Source: a virus. Taken from it: a DNA stretch of 64,000 nucleotides. The stretch is taken from positions 12,695 to 76,694 of IMG/VR virus record IMGVR_UViG_3300018080_000115, one strand, 5' to 3'. This document shows, piece after piece, positions 27,809 through 38,013 of this stretch. The notes below the pieces were generated by a model. The model was not told the DNA's origin. It worked only from the letters and a program-made list of their open reading frames with translations, and made no database searches. A program made the position numbers and the translations under genes. Position 1 is the first letter of the stretch, and each line of letters begins with the position of its first letter.

Positions 27809-28090
27809 ATGATGACCGATCCCTTGAACCCCGAAACCCCTCGAAGCGACGCCGCCGCGCTGCCCGCATGCCTTCGTCAAGAACCCAGAGATGTCGGCAC
27901 GCTCACGCTGGAATGGTACAAGGACCGCAAGGAAGTCCTGAAGCGCATCGCTCAGATCAAGGCTGCCGGTTTCGACACCAACATGCGCTGCTTCTTCGAT
28001 GAAGTGGATGACCAAGGCACCATCAAGATGGAACTGTTCTTCCCTTGCTTCTTGCTTCCTCCGGTTGAAATCGTCGGACAACCATCATGA
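27809..28090 (+). CDS. Small protein, LPPV family member 5
   Basis: GAAAGGACCGAACC-ATG; LEWY..KRIAQIKAAG..LLPPVEI. Confidence 0.7.
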   Translation: MMTDPLNPETPRSDAAALPACLRQEPRDVGTLTLEWYKDRKEVLKRIAQIKAAGFDTNMRCFFDEVDDQGTIKMELFFPCFLLPPVEIVGQPS

Positions 28091-28109
28091 AACACATATT
28101 GATTCCTAA

Positions 28110-28334
28110 CCTGTAATACAAGTCTGCTATTTCCTCAATGATTTCAAGGCTGAGCAAAAAACTTTAGTTGTATGCATCAACAAACATACTATTTAGTAAT
28201 ACAAACTGTAAAAATCCTGAACAAAAAACTCTTTTCAAGCCGCCAAAGAGCTGACTATTCCGCTCCTGTAATACAAATCAGCTGATTCCTCAATAATTTC
28301 AAGGCTGCGCAAAAATCATCGATTTTGCGCAGCC
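28110..28334 (+). repeat. Two copies (28110-28160, 28265-28334) of a 50-70 bp element; third copy at 29456
   Basis: CCTGTAATA.AA.TC...(T/G)ATTCCTCAAT.ATTTCAAGG.TG.GCAAAAA. Confidence 0.85.
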
Positions 28335-28458
28335 GAAACGAGCCGATATCGCCGATCAGGACGCCGTCCCGGACCAAAAAACATCGCCAAACGTCATCGC
28401 ACAAGGTATGGATAGAGAGAGAACAGGATCACGAAGCTAATCAGCGAAGGAAACGACC

Positions 28459-29448
28459 ATGGAACCTATGGCAATGCCCGGTAACGGAACAACGCACCAA
28501 TTTCAGAACCGAGACCCATACCACCCGAATTTCATCTTCGAGGAAAGCGAGCATGGCGTGTACGTCGCCGTGCCCGACCAGTTCATCATCTTCCTCTACG
28601 CCCGCGACATCAACGACTTCATCCTGCCTCAGATCTATTTGGCTCTCAAGGATTCCAAAACGATGCTGATGAGCCAGAGCCGCAATAGACGGCTTCTGAT
28701 GAATCCGCCTGATCACACTGCGCTGATTGCTGCACCGAAGGGATCTCCTCTGCGGGAAACCGCCATGCTGCACGTCTACCGCACCCCGTCCTGCGGCTTC
28801 ATGTTGGATCTCGACCCGATGAGCGCCAAGAACGACAAGAAGGAAATGAAGGTCGTCTTTCATAACGTTGCAGACATCGAACGAGCATATTCCATACTGG
28901 CTAATTATGCCTATTCCCCGTTCGACAACGAATACAGCAGCTTCTGCCTGCCGCCGTCTCTGCTCGACCGGTTCATCAAGATGATTCACGAACCGCACAA
29001 GAAGGACCCCAACAACGACAAGCTGATTGCGGATCATGAAATCTTTCAAATGCATGTCGGCTGCTACGTAGACATGCTGAACAGCATCTTGCTCACCCAA
29101 ACGCTGCCGAAATTCCCCACAGTCGGCATGGGGGAGTGTGAAATCATCCTGGCGATGATGTCGAAGAACCAGAAGACCGGCAAGCCCTACCGGCCGAATC
29201 GAATCGAGCGCGAAATCAAAGAGCTGTTTGAGCGGATGGCGCGACGCTACGTTCCTCCGACATTCTCGTTCATGATGTTCCGTTCCGTCGTCAGCATGAT
29301 GGAGATTCTGAACATGAAAATCAGGCTCTATATCGCGCATACGACCACAGAACTGCTCGACCCGCGATCGGAACAAGGCGTGCTGTGCGATTTGGACTGT
29401 CAAAACTGCAAACAAAACACGTGCAACCAGAACAAAAAAAATCATTGA
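28459..29448 (+). CDS. Hypothetical protein flanked by direct repeats
   Basis: GAAGGA SD; 329 aa; C-terminal CDLDCQNCKQNTC. Confidence 0.75.
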   Translation: MEPMAMPGNGTTHQFQNRDPYHPNFIFEESEHGVYVAVPDQFIIFLYARDINDFILPQIYLALKDSKTMLMSQSRNRRLLMNPPDHTALIAAPKGSPLRETAMLHVYRTPSCGFMLDLDPMSAKNDKKEMKVVFHNVADIERAYSILANYAYSPFDNEYSSFCLPPSLLDRFIKMIHEPHKKDPNNDKLIADHEIFQMHVGCYVDMLNSILLTQTLPKFPTVGMGECEIILAMMSKNQKTGKPYRPNRIEREIKELFERMARRYVPPTFSFMMFRSVVSMMEILNMKIRLYIAHTTTELLDPRSEQGVLCDLDCQNCKQNTCNQNKKNH

Positions 29449-29455
29449 TTCTTCA

Positions 29456-29525
29456 CCTGTAATATAAATCTCCTGATTCCTCAATGATTTCAAGGGTGCG
29501 CAAAAATCGACGATTTTGCGCAGAC
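29456..29525 (+). repeat. Third copy of the ~70 bp element
   Basis: Near-identical to 28265-28334, including the TGCGCAAAAATC..GATTTTGCGCA palindrome. Confidence 0.85.
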
Positions 29526-29888
29526 CAAAAGCGTTCACAAAGCTTAGCACAAGGGAAGATAATGAACGCATGCAGACTGTTCCATGGAGTGTCATACCCC
29601 GCTGTACCGATCGATTACGAACACGAAACAACGGCGTCCCGAACGGACAACGGTTCTTTGAAAAGAAAAAGCCAACAACGGGCAGTGCTTTTTCCTTCAC
29701 AGCTCCCGAACAAGAACCGTATACGTCCTGATCTTCTCTATCCTTTCATATCTTCTTCGCCGTTGTCTTCAATCCACACATCACGCGAAAGCGGTTTGTC
29801 TCAGCTCCCACCCAAATCTGCCGCTTCCCGCATGACGCTGCTCTCTTGACGACGCGGACACTCCAAGCCTGTATGCTCCCACCCCATT

Positions 29889-29920
29889 GAAGCGGCACAA
29901 TACGTGCCGCTTCTTTTTTT
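29889..29920 (+). terminator. Intrinsic terminator
   Basis: GAAGCGGCAC-AATAC-GTGCCGCTTC followed by T7. Confidence 0.8.
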
Positions 29921-30989
29921 GTCACAGTAATTCCGGTTAAGACCGGTCAATTAACCAGAACCTCGCTACCTGCAACCGGGACGCTCAGCCTGCACCAAAA
30001 CCATATAACTCGTTGACGTTGCTTGGTTTTTCAATACACGCATCAGCCGCCGACAAAAGGAGGACAAATAATGGCCGAATTCATCGCTCCATACACAAGA
30101 ACAGTCATGTTGCGTCTAATAACGCGGACGGCAACTAATTTTCCCAGTGACGTCAAGCATTTACAGCAACACTGTTATCAAGGAAAACAATAATGGCGCT
30201 TGCATAAGCTATCATCTTATAGACAGCGCACACCGCGTAACATTATCGCATTCTCTTTGAGGAATAAACCAGCGATTCCAATACGTTGCAAACCCGTCCG
30301 CTCAGATGCCGCTGCCCAAAACACGCCAAACAGCAAGCCCTTCCAATCTAAACGTCAAAATGGATTCCAAAAAACGCCCTGATTCCAAACACTAATCGAC
30401 ACTCAGAGCATGCATCCAGCATTCATAAGTTATTGAGGCTCATGAGAGCACTCTGCCCGAACAAAATCAGCGGCGTCCCGGAAGACCCCGGAAGAAAATA
30501 TCCGAAGGGGCGGAAGCCGAATTAGACTTGAACCGAGCCCGGATCATGCGTATGATCAGCACAGAGACGGCATGGTGAAACACAATGCGCCATGTCGACT
30601 TCATGAAGACGGAGCGCGGTGGATTACGGGCGACGGTGTGAAGTTCCTTGAACAACGGGAGTGTCTTGCCTGCACAATACGGAAATCAGCCTTCCGTGTG
30701 CAAGTACCCGAAAGCACTGCCAAAAGCCCTTAAGCTCAAGCCGCACCACTCACGTCTGCACATGCTCTGTAAGGACTGCATGTGCCTCCTTTCACGAGAA
30801 GGACCGGAGCAGCATGCTTCGGTCCTTCTGTGCTTTCAAACGCTGAACGCATCCACAACGGCGTCCCGATCAGTACAACCCCGCACCGCTTCCTCTGTGG
30901 CTCGAACCGGTTCGAATTGATTTGAACTGCAGGGAGCCGACCTTGAATATTGCATGTCCGCGTAATCGAACACGATGCGACAGAAAAAC

Positions 30990-31500
30990 ATTTCTGAACA
31001 GGAATCAGTAACACGATTTATATAATCAGCATAAACTAAAACATGGTAGTTCTAGTATATAGTTTTATCAAGCAATATAGTGTAGACGATTACAAATCAC
31101 ACCTAACTGCGCGACGTCGCGTAACTTTTCAGTCACGGCGTTATGCTCACGCGGTGATAAGTAACACGCTAGAGTAAATAATCAACCGCGAATATATAAG
31201 AGGGGCGTGACACTTGTTGCATTTTATGCAACATGGCCATCAAATAAACTGACCCCTGGGTCAGCACGGCAATTATGCATAACTTTGCTTTAATTATGGT
31301 ATATTTTCGTTTAAGCAAGGTTTAAACTCTATCAAAAAGCACAGTAAAACACAAAAAAGTACAATTAAACATAATTAATTTTAATTTTGCCTCTTTGGCC
31401 TATAATTGATCTATAATTAGCCACCAAAGGGTCATTATTATGCCAAAATTGTATTAAATCTGCTACAGTTTTCATAAAGTTCTCTAAAGGCCATTTTGAA
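30990..31500. other. AT-rich non-coding core; replication origin candidate
   Basis: Strongly AT-rich, no credible ORF; + strand appears to shift from C/A-rich to G/T-rich here (judged by eye). Confidence 0.4.
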
Positions 31501-31718
31501 GGCCATACGGTTTTGCCTTATACAAGAATCATTCGCGTCCATCTTGCGCTGTACTGACACGACCAGTGCGCGATCATTTGTCTACCATCCACGCCAGTCT
31601 CATAATGTACGTGTGAGTCGTGTCGTGTTGTGTCGTGTTATGGCGTGTGCCGTATTGTCGTGTCGTACCGTATGCATTGTCGTATTGCCGCGTACCATAT
31701 TTTGCCGTATGCCGCAGC

Positions 31719-31819
31719 GTGGTGTTGTTTATCGTTTCGTGTGGTGTGGTGTTGTTTGTCGTTTCGTGTGGTGTACCGCAGTGTGGTGTGCCGCAGTGTG
31801 GTGTGCCGCAGTGTGGTGT
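31719..31819 (+). repeat. GT-rich tandem repeats (27 bp x2, 15 bp x3+)
   Basis: GTGGTGTTGTTT(A/G)TCGTTTCGTGTGGT x2; GTGTGGTGT(A/G)CCGCA x3. Confidence 0.9.
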
Positions 31820-31943
31820 TGTTTTGCCGTATGCTGAAGTATCGTGTTGTAGTGTCGTGTGTTGTGTGTACCGCAGTGTTGTGTGTGCTGCAGTGTGGTG
31901 TTGTGTTTCCGTCTGCTGTGCCGTGTGATGTATTGTCGTGTTA

Positions 31944-32031
31944 TGTGGGAATGATGCCTGTGGTGTGTGGGAATGATGCCTGTGGTGTGTGGGAATGATG
32001 CCTGTGGTGTGTGGGAATGATGCCTGTGGTG
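31944..32031 (+). repeat. Perfect 22-bp tandem repeat x4
   Basis: TGTGGGAATGATGCCTGTGGTG x4 with no spacers. Confidence 0.95.
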
Positions 32032-32370
32032 TGTGGTGCGGTGCAGTGTTTGTGTAGGGGTTCCTTCGTATTTTGTGTGATGCCCATGGTGCGGTGCGGC
32101 GGTATTTTCCGCCGTCTTGTGTGGTGTGTTTGTGACAAATCGTCTTTTTTTCTCTTTCGTTGTGTTTGGTTGTTGTATGTTGTTGTCGTGTTTTCCCTCT
32201 GTCGACGGTTTCTGTTGTTTCAGATTTTGGATTTCCGTCGTATTGGGATTTGTCTTTTGTTGGTTGCGGATTTTGCGTGCGGCATCGATTTTGGGATGGA
32301 TAGGATTTGAGGTATGAGGAGTGCGGGTTGAAAAACGGAAGAGAGAGAGATTGAGAAAGGCGGTTTTGCG

Positions 32371-33147
32371 ATGACTGCGAATCATGATCGGGATCATTCG
32401 GATGCGGGATCTTCTGGTGTTTTGGGCGACATTGAGCCGAAGAACGATGGGCGTGACGGTTCTTGCGATTGCGGCGGGTGTCGTGACGGCTGTTCGTGTT
32501 CCGGTGTTGAGGATGGCGACGTGGTCGGGATGTTCGTTTCCCGTTCTGCCGATGCTCTGGTTGTTTCTTCTTCTGTCGCTGCTGTCGGCCGTTTCGTGTC
32601 TGGCGGCGTTGATTTGACGGTTCGTGTGGGGGGTGAGGTTGCGGTTCATGTTGAGGATGGGTTGATTTGTCAAAGCGTCGAGACCGCTGATGGTTTGGAG
32701 TGTGACGTTTTTGACGGCGTTTGTGTTTCGGTTCAGGATCGTTTTGTGGAGCAGGCTGCGTATTTCGAGTGTAGGGGTGTTGTAGATTCGTGTCGTGTGC
32801 TGATTGACGTAGATGATGTTTCGGGCGATGTCTCGAAGGTTGATCTGAATACGTTTCGCGGCGTTGGTCCTGAAGAGGTTGAGATTTCGGTTGGCGGTTC
32901 GTCTGGTTCTGATGACGTCGATTCGGATTGTTCGGGTTCTGATGCTGAGGAGTGCAACCGTATGTTTTCGATTCGTCAGACCGATGCCGACCGTGTTTTT
33001 CCGAAGCCGATGCCTGTGTTTCATTCTCATGCTGTCGAATCCGGTTCTTCGGGTTCGGGTTCGGGTTCGGGTTCGGGTGACGCTTCATCTACTCCCGATG
33101 TTTCCGGCGATGACGGCGATCTGCGAAGAAGGTCGATAAGCAAATGA
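32371..33147 (+). CDS. Acidic D/V/S/G-rich protein
   Basis: GAAAGG SD; ATGA-coupled to the next gene; (SG)n linker. Confidence 0.5.
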   Translation: MTANHDRDHSDAGSSGVLGDIEPKNDGRDGSCDCGGCRDGCSCSGVEDGDVVGMFVSRSADALVVSSSVAAVGRFVSGGVDLTVRVGGEVAVHVEDGLICQSVETADGLECDVFDGVCVSVQDRFVEQAAYFECRGVVDSCRVLIDVDDVSGDVSKVDLNTFRGVGPEEVEISVGGSSGSDDVDSDCSGSDAEECNRMFSIRQTDADRVFPKPMPVFHSHAVESGSSGSGSGSGSGDASSTPDVSGDDGDLRRRSISK

Positions 33148-33506
33148 ACCGTTCGATTAAAGAAAACGATGCCCGTTTGTCTGCCGCAATATGGGCCGAT
33201 GATCTGCGCAGATTGAAGGAATTGACGCTTGATCTGTACCCTTGCAATGTATCACGCGGCATGCTGAAGGAACTGTTCATCTACCTGTGCGACGATCTGA
33301 TCGGAAAAGACGACAAGGAACAGAAGATCTTCGAATTGTACAAGAAGGCAATCGACACGGAGATCATTCAGACTGTTCCGGCAGAAGAATCCAAGGAGGA
33401 AGGGCGCGGCAAGTCTGATGACGAATTCTATGAGCTGATGTGCCTGAGACGGCTTGACGTGATTGAAAAGATAGGCGATTTGCGAATGGGAAAGATGCGG
33501 TCATAA
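33144..33506 (+). CDS. Hypothetical protein
   Basis: Coupled stop/start on both sides. Confidence 0.65.
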   Translation: MNRSIKENDARLSAAIWADDLRRLKELTLDLYPCNVSRGMLKELFIYLCDDLIGKDDKEQKIFELYKKAIDTEIIQTVPAEESKEEGRGKSDDEFYELMCLRRLDVIEKIGDLRMGKMRS

Positions 33507-34429
33507 TGCAAGAACGAACTTTGTTGACTGAAAAGCAGCAAGAGATTTCACCTACTGATCCCTGCATCATGACGCATGATGTCGGCTGGGATGAAGCTTC
33601 GATTATGGGATGGCTTCAGGAGCGCGTAGGAGACGGCGTCATGAACGACGCTTATCAAGTAGGAGTCATATGGGATTTTAATTTTTTCACTATTACTCAT
33701 CAGCCTGTCTCTTTGCAAGAGTCCACATTGATGATCATGCGTGCTTCAGTGATGCGTACAGACGATCTATCAAAAAGGCTTGCAAAGGCTCAATCCGATC
33801 CTGAGCAAACAATAAAAATTCCTGACGATATGATGTTATATACTTGGGTTTTGAATAAATTGAACAAATCATCATTTTTGGAGTTGTTTCTTGATCGAAA
33901 GGGGAGTGTTCATCAAATTGTCACTCGCTCTCACTTGATGAGAAGCGTTCAGTTTCTTCGCTATTCCTTCGCGTCCAATCCAAGGCAAAGCGACAATTGG
34001 AAAATCTGTGTCCGATTGCTCCCTGACGAAGACGGTACGCAGAAGAAGAGCGTGCAGACCGACGCACAGGATTGGATGTCCGGCGATGTGATCGCGGAAA
34101 GGAATGCGGAGGATAGGACGGCGTTGTCCAAAGAACCATTCAGCCTTGACAAATTTGTCGATCTGCCCGGATTCTTTCGGATTGAGAAGCACTATTTGAA
34201 AGACGGCCAAATGACGCTCTACATGGTAGGGGCAGACCCGCTGAACGCGGACGGCGAAAGGACAGGCGCGGTTGGATGGGGCGAAGGGGCATCGATTGCA
34301 GGCGCGCTGGAAGATTGGCGGAAGAAATCATGCAGCATTGTCGATCCGAGAAAGAACGCCGAACGGTATTGGGAAAAACGGGCGGCTGCGTTTCATGACA
34401 GGCACGGAAGTGGTTTAAGGAAAGGGTGA
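33506..34429 (+). CDS. Hypothetical protein
   Basis: 307-codon ORF. Confidence 0.7.
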   Translation: MQERTLLTEKQQEISPTDPCIMTHDVGWDEASIMGWLQERVGDGVMNDAYQVGVIWDFNFFTITHQPVSLQESTLMIMRASVMRTDDLSKRLAKAQSDPEQTIKIPDDMMLYTWVLNKLNKSSFLELFLDRKGSVHQIVTRSHLMRSVQFLRYSFASNPRQSDNWKICVRLLPDEDGTQKKSVQTDAQDWMSGDVIAERNAEDRTALSKEPFSLDKFVDLPGFFRIEKHYLKDGQMTLYMVGADPLNADGERTGAVGWGEGASIAGALEDWRKKSCSIVDPRKNAERYWEKRAAAFHDRHGSGLRKG

Positions 34430-34433
34430 TATA

Positions 34434-35063
34434 GTGAAACAAGGCATGACAGTTAAAATAAAATTTCCTGATGCAGACGAATATGCCGACTTCAGCGGCA
34501 ATCCGTGCAGCGTTTCCATCGAAGCGGATTCCGATGGGTGCATTGATGTCGCCATGCAGGGCGCGTTCATTCGAACGGCCGGAAAAATCACGGAAGACGG
34601 AAACAAAATCGTCTATGAAGACTATACCTTCATCAACTCGTTGTTCGTTGCGGGCGGCATCGCAAGCATCTTTGACGATCCTGTGAAATATCAGAAGCTG
34701 ATGAACACAAAATTCTTCGACCTTGATCCAGTCATGATTGACGTGGCGTTTCAGTGGATCTGCTTCAGAGAAGCGGGCGTAAGCTTCAAGCATTCGCAAG
34801 CCGTGTCCAGATACCTGAAGCTGGCGCTGAATGTCCATCGTGATCGCATGCTTTTCCGCGAAGATGAAACAACAAAAATATGCCTTTATACCTTTGTTTC
34901 TATGTTAAGTCAGTTTCTGTATTTAACAGATAGCGAAAGGAGTTTTAGCCTTAATGTTTCTTATATGTGCATGCTTGGAATCCGATCAAGCGTGCTTTCA
35001 GATCCTGAATTGAAAAACAAATGCTTTGCGCTTCTGCAGAGAAACGAGAACGAAGATGACTGA
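34434..35063 (+). CDS. Hypothetical protein
   Basis: 209-codon ORF. Confidence 0.65.
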   Translation: MKQGMTVKIKFPDADEYADFSGNPCSVSIEADSDGCIDVAMQGAFIRTAGKITEDGNKIVYEDYTFINSLFVAGGIASIFDDPVKYQKLMNTKFFDLDPVMIDVAFQWICFREAGVSFKHSQAVSRYLKLALNVHRDRMLFREDETTKICLYTFVSMLSQFLYLTDSERSFSLNVSYMCMLGIRSSVLSDPELKNKCFALLQRNENEDD

Positions 35064-36057
35064 AAAGCTTCAACAAGAAAAATCGGATCAAAAAGAACAG
35101 CGGTTTGATGCCATTGAAGAGGCGTTGCAAAGTGAAGAACCAATAGATGAAACCGATCTGCTGTGCTACGTTCGTGAGCGGAAAAAGCTGGCGTCGAAGA
35201 TCGTCGAACTGCAAGAAGAGAACGACGCCTTGAAGGCATGGATTGCAAAAAACCTTGATGAAGACGGTTCACTGCTCAAGAAAGCCAAAGCGAAAAGCAA
35301 GAACCATCATCACAAAGGCGACGTTCTGAAGCTTACATGTGTGCGATGCGGCAACAAATTCACCTTCGTCGTACCGGGAGCTGGCAAGACCCCGAAGTAT
35401 TGCAAAGACTGCCCGCCTAGACCCAAAAAGGCCAAGCGCGAAAGAACGTTGATCGAATACAGATGCCTGCAATGCGGCGAAACATTCAAAGCCCCAAAAA
35501 CATATAATAAGCATAAACGCAAGTATTGCTCTAAAGAATGTGCATACAAAGCGCAATCCACCCAAGTGATGGTGAAGTGTGATTATTGCGGCAAAGAATT
35601 CGAAACCTTTCCATCGTACATTGAACGCAGACCGGAAGGACAACTCTACTGCTCCAAAAAATGCTACCAAGCCGCAAATCGCGCTCCCATGACGTCTGCA
35701 ACATGCGCTTATTGCAAAAAAACATTCAAACATCGGTCCAAGAATCCGCAGATGTACTGCTGCAAGAAATGCTATCATGAAGCACAACACGCATGGCGCG
35801 ATCTGTCCACAGAAGGATTGCTCAGTATTGATGAATCTCAATGGAAAGTCCGCGTCGTAATACCGGTCAAAGGAAGAGGCGTCATTGCCAGAGCCCGTCT
35901 GATCATGGAAAACGAACTAGGGCGGCAACTGAAACCATACGAACGGGTATGGCATATCGACGGCAATCCGAAGAACGATCATCCGTCCAATCTGCGGATT
36001 ACCGGTTCGAAGCGTTCGAATAACAAGGAAACGGAACATGGCCAAGAGAACGAATGA
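35056..36057 (+). CDS. Zinc-ribbon repeat protein with a C-terminal HNH-like domain (possibly degenerate)
   Basis: Repeated CxxC..YCSxxC; RLIMENELGRQLKPYERVWHIDGNPKNDHPSNL. Confidence 0.75.
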   Translation: MTEKLQQEKSDQKEQRFDAIEEALQSEEPIDETDLLCYVRERKKLASKIVELQEENDALKAWIAKNLDEDGSLLKKAKAKSKNHHHKGDVLKLTCVRCGNKFTFVVPGAGKTPKYCKDCPPRPKKAKRERTLIEYRCLQCGETFKAPKTYNKHKRKYCSKECAYKAQSTQVMVKCDYCGKEFETFPSYIERRPEGQLYCSKKCYQAANRAPMTSATCAYCKKTFKHRSKNPQMYCCKKCYHEAQHAWRDLSTEGLLSIDESQWKVRVVIPVKGRGVIARARLIMENELGRQLKPYERVWHIDGNPKNDHPSNLRITGSKRSNNKETEHGQENE

Positions 36058-36322
36058 AGACGAAAAAAACAGGCGTCGCAATGAAACGATTGACAAGATG
36101 CTGCAAGACGGAGAGACAGCAATAATCTTGGGTAGTTCGATCAATCCGCAAGATGGCGTGTGGAAAGCATTGATGGCATTACGTTTCGACATCACCGAGT
36201 TGCAGGAAGAGAACAGAAGGCTGAAGAAACAGAACCGCAACTTGAAAACAAAACTCGAAGAACTGAAGGAACAGGTGAATGATCTGGACGAACAAATCGT
36301 GTTAAAGACGTCTTCGATTTGA
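36038..36322 (+). CDS. Coiled-coil protein
   Basis: Heptad-rich C-terminus. Confidence 0.6.
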   Translation: MAKRTNEDEKNRRRNETIDKMLQDGETAIILGSSINPQDGVWKALMALRFDITELQEENRRLKKQNRNLKTKLEELKEQVNDLDEQIVLKTSSI

Positions 36323-36333
36323 AAGGTTGAAAC

Positions 36334-36534
36334 ATGAGCGAATTTCACAGATTGAAGAAAGACGACATCATTACTATCCGCAGCGTCAGATGGAAACTGC
36401 TTCAATTCCACAGCCATCACAACAACATGGCCGAACGCATGGAAGAAGCGAAAAGGTTGCAGGAAGCAGGCGAATGCTGCATCTTCGGCAGGCTTGAAAA
36501 AATGCAGCGCGAAAAAGCCGGCAGGGAAGAATGA
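36334..36534 (+). CDS. Hypothetical protein
   Basis: GAAAGG SD. Confidence 0.55.
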   Translation: MSEFHRLKKDDIITIRSVRWKLLQFHSHHNNMAERMEEAKRLQEAGECCIFGRLEKMQREKAGREE

Positions 36535-36821
36535 AGCGCAGCGAGTACGAAGCCGTTGAAAGGCGGCTCCGAAAAAGGAGAGCGAACGGCGTCCGTCGAT
36601 CGAAACAACAGCGATCTGCAATCAGCATCTGCCCTGACATGTTCCTGCAAAAAAGGTGTGCCGAAGGGCATCATTGGAATGAGAGAAGAGTCTTGCATTG
36701 TCCATGGTGCAAGCGCGAAGCAGGACGCCGTCAGAAGGAACAAATGGAAAGCATGACCGACCCGATATTGCGTCGCAAAGAATCGTCCATTTGGAGCCCT
36801 GTGCTCCTTAAAAACGAATGA
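36531..36821 (+). CDS. Cys/His-containing hypothetical protein
   Basis: ATGA overlap; CAEGHHW..HCPWC. Confidence 0.55.
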   Translation: MKRSEYEAVERRLRKRRANGVRRSKQQRSAISICPDMFLQKRCAEGHHWNERRVLHCPWCKREAGRRQKEQMESMTDPILRRKESSIWSPVLLKNE

Positions 36822-36840
36822 TTCAAAGGGGAACAGTCAA

Positions 36841-37026
36841 ATGACACATGGGATTAACTGGAAAATTTTGCCAAAAGATCAAATAATTCGGTCACTGGAA
36901 GATGCCATAAGAAAAAATGCAGAAAAAGATAAGGAGATAGAAAGGCTCAAAATTGAAAATAATGAATTAAAGGAAGATGTTGCAGAGCTGAAGTTGGTGT
37001 TGGACAAAAGAAACAAGATACACTAA
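36841..37026 (+). CDS. Small AT-rich coiled-coil protein
   Basis: 61 codons, heptad pattern. Confidence 0.55.
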   Translation: MTHGINWKILPKDQIIRSLEDAIRKNAEKDKEIERLKIENNELKEDVAELKLVLDKRNKIH

Positions 37027-37107
37027 AACTACTCGCCTTGACGGTTGGTGCCGTGTATGTTTCGGTCAAGGACTCTGTGTTTCGTCCAAGACTGAAAGGA
37101 AAGCTTC

Positions 37108-38010
37108 ATGGCAAGCTTGGCACTGATTTTCTTGAAGTATGCGGCTGGCGCGGCTGGCGCAACATTCGGATTCCTGATCATGTACGCGATTTGGGGGCGA
37201 TGCGAACGATGGATTGAGATGCGGGCCGAACGCAGGCATCTTCATGAAAGGGAAAGCGGCGTATGGAATCGAATAAAGCAAAAAACCCAAGAAGAAATCG
37301 AATGGGCACAAAAGAATAATGAAGCTGTATGGACAGCTCAACAACAAGAAACCGCTGAAAAAGAACTGCCGTCCTGTCAAAACTGCGAGCGAGGGACGCA
37401 TGATTACTCTTGTGCTGATGATTGTCATGCGGGAAGCACGGATGACGATGACGCTCAATGGAAAAACGCGGCTTGGTTCTTTGAAGACGACAGCAAGTTT
37501 GAAGAAAACGAAGAGAACAGGATGGTTCCGTTTTGCATTGATGAAGAAACCGATCAGGAAACCTTTCGGCAAAATCGCATCAAGATATGTATGGACTGGA
37601 TTGTCAGCAGAATCAAATCAGCTCGCCTGAACGGCTCAGCCGATTTGCGTGATTGGTACAATGATCCTCAAAGACGCGATTCGTTTCCCATTCACGCAAT
37701 CTGTCGCATCTTCACCGGAATCTCTCGTCATGACGGACACTCACAAGGATTCATACGCATCCTGTTGAGCAGCCGTGATGAAGTCGAATCATGCTATCAG
37801 CACTACAACGATCCTGAAGACGGGATGAAAGGCGGAAGCCATATCCTGTTGACCTACCATGCGACTCTGCGTGAATTCGCCGATCAGATGGTGCACCATC
37901 TGAGTCGTACCAAGCACAAGATCTTCTGTGACATCTCTCAAGAATTCCTGAAGACCGCTGATGCACCATTGTCTTCCAAGATTCAGACTCAATACAACCA
38001 AAAGGTATAA
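37108..38010 (+). CDS. Membrane-anchored protein carrying one copy of the repeat domain of the next gene
   Basis: N-terminal hydrophobic helix; DWIVSRI..GFIRILLSS. Confidence 0.7.
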   Translation: MASLALIFLKYAAGAAGATFGFLIMYAIWGRCERWIEMRAERRHLHERESGVWNRIKQKTQEEIEWAQKNNEAVWTAQQQETAEKELPSCQNCERGTHDYSCADDCHAGSTDDDDAQWKNAAWFFEDDSKFEENEENRMVPFCIDEETDQETFRQNRIKICMDWIVSRIKSARLNGSADLRDWYNDPQRRDSFPIHAICRIFTGISRHDGHSQGFIRILLSSRDEVESCYQHYNDPEDGMKGGSHILLTYHATLREFADQMVHHLSRTKHKIFCDISQEFLKTADAPLSSKIQTQYNQKV

Positions 38011-38013
38011 TCC

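Noticed and set aside
31944-32031. 22-bp repeats as a CRISPR array
   Set aside because: Head-to-tail with no spacers; no cas genes in the window
31574-33088. 504-aa and 433-aa - strand ORFs rich in H/T/R/N
   Set aside because: Products of the A-poor GT tract, which lacks stop codons on the - strand; low complexity and mutually overlapping
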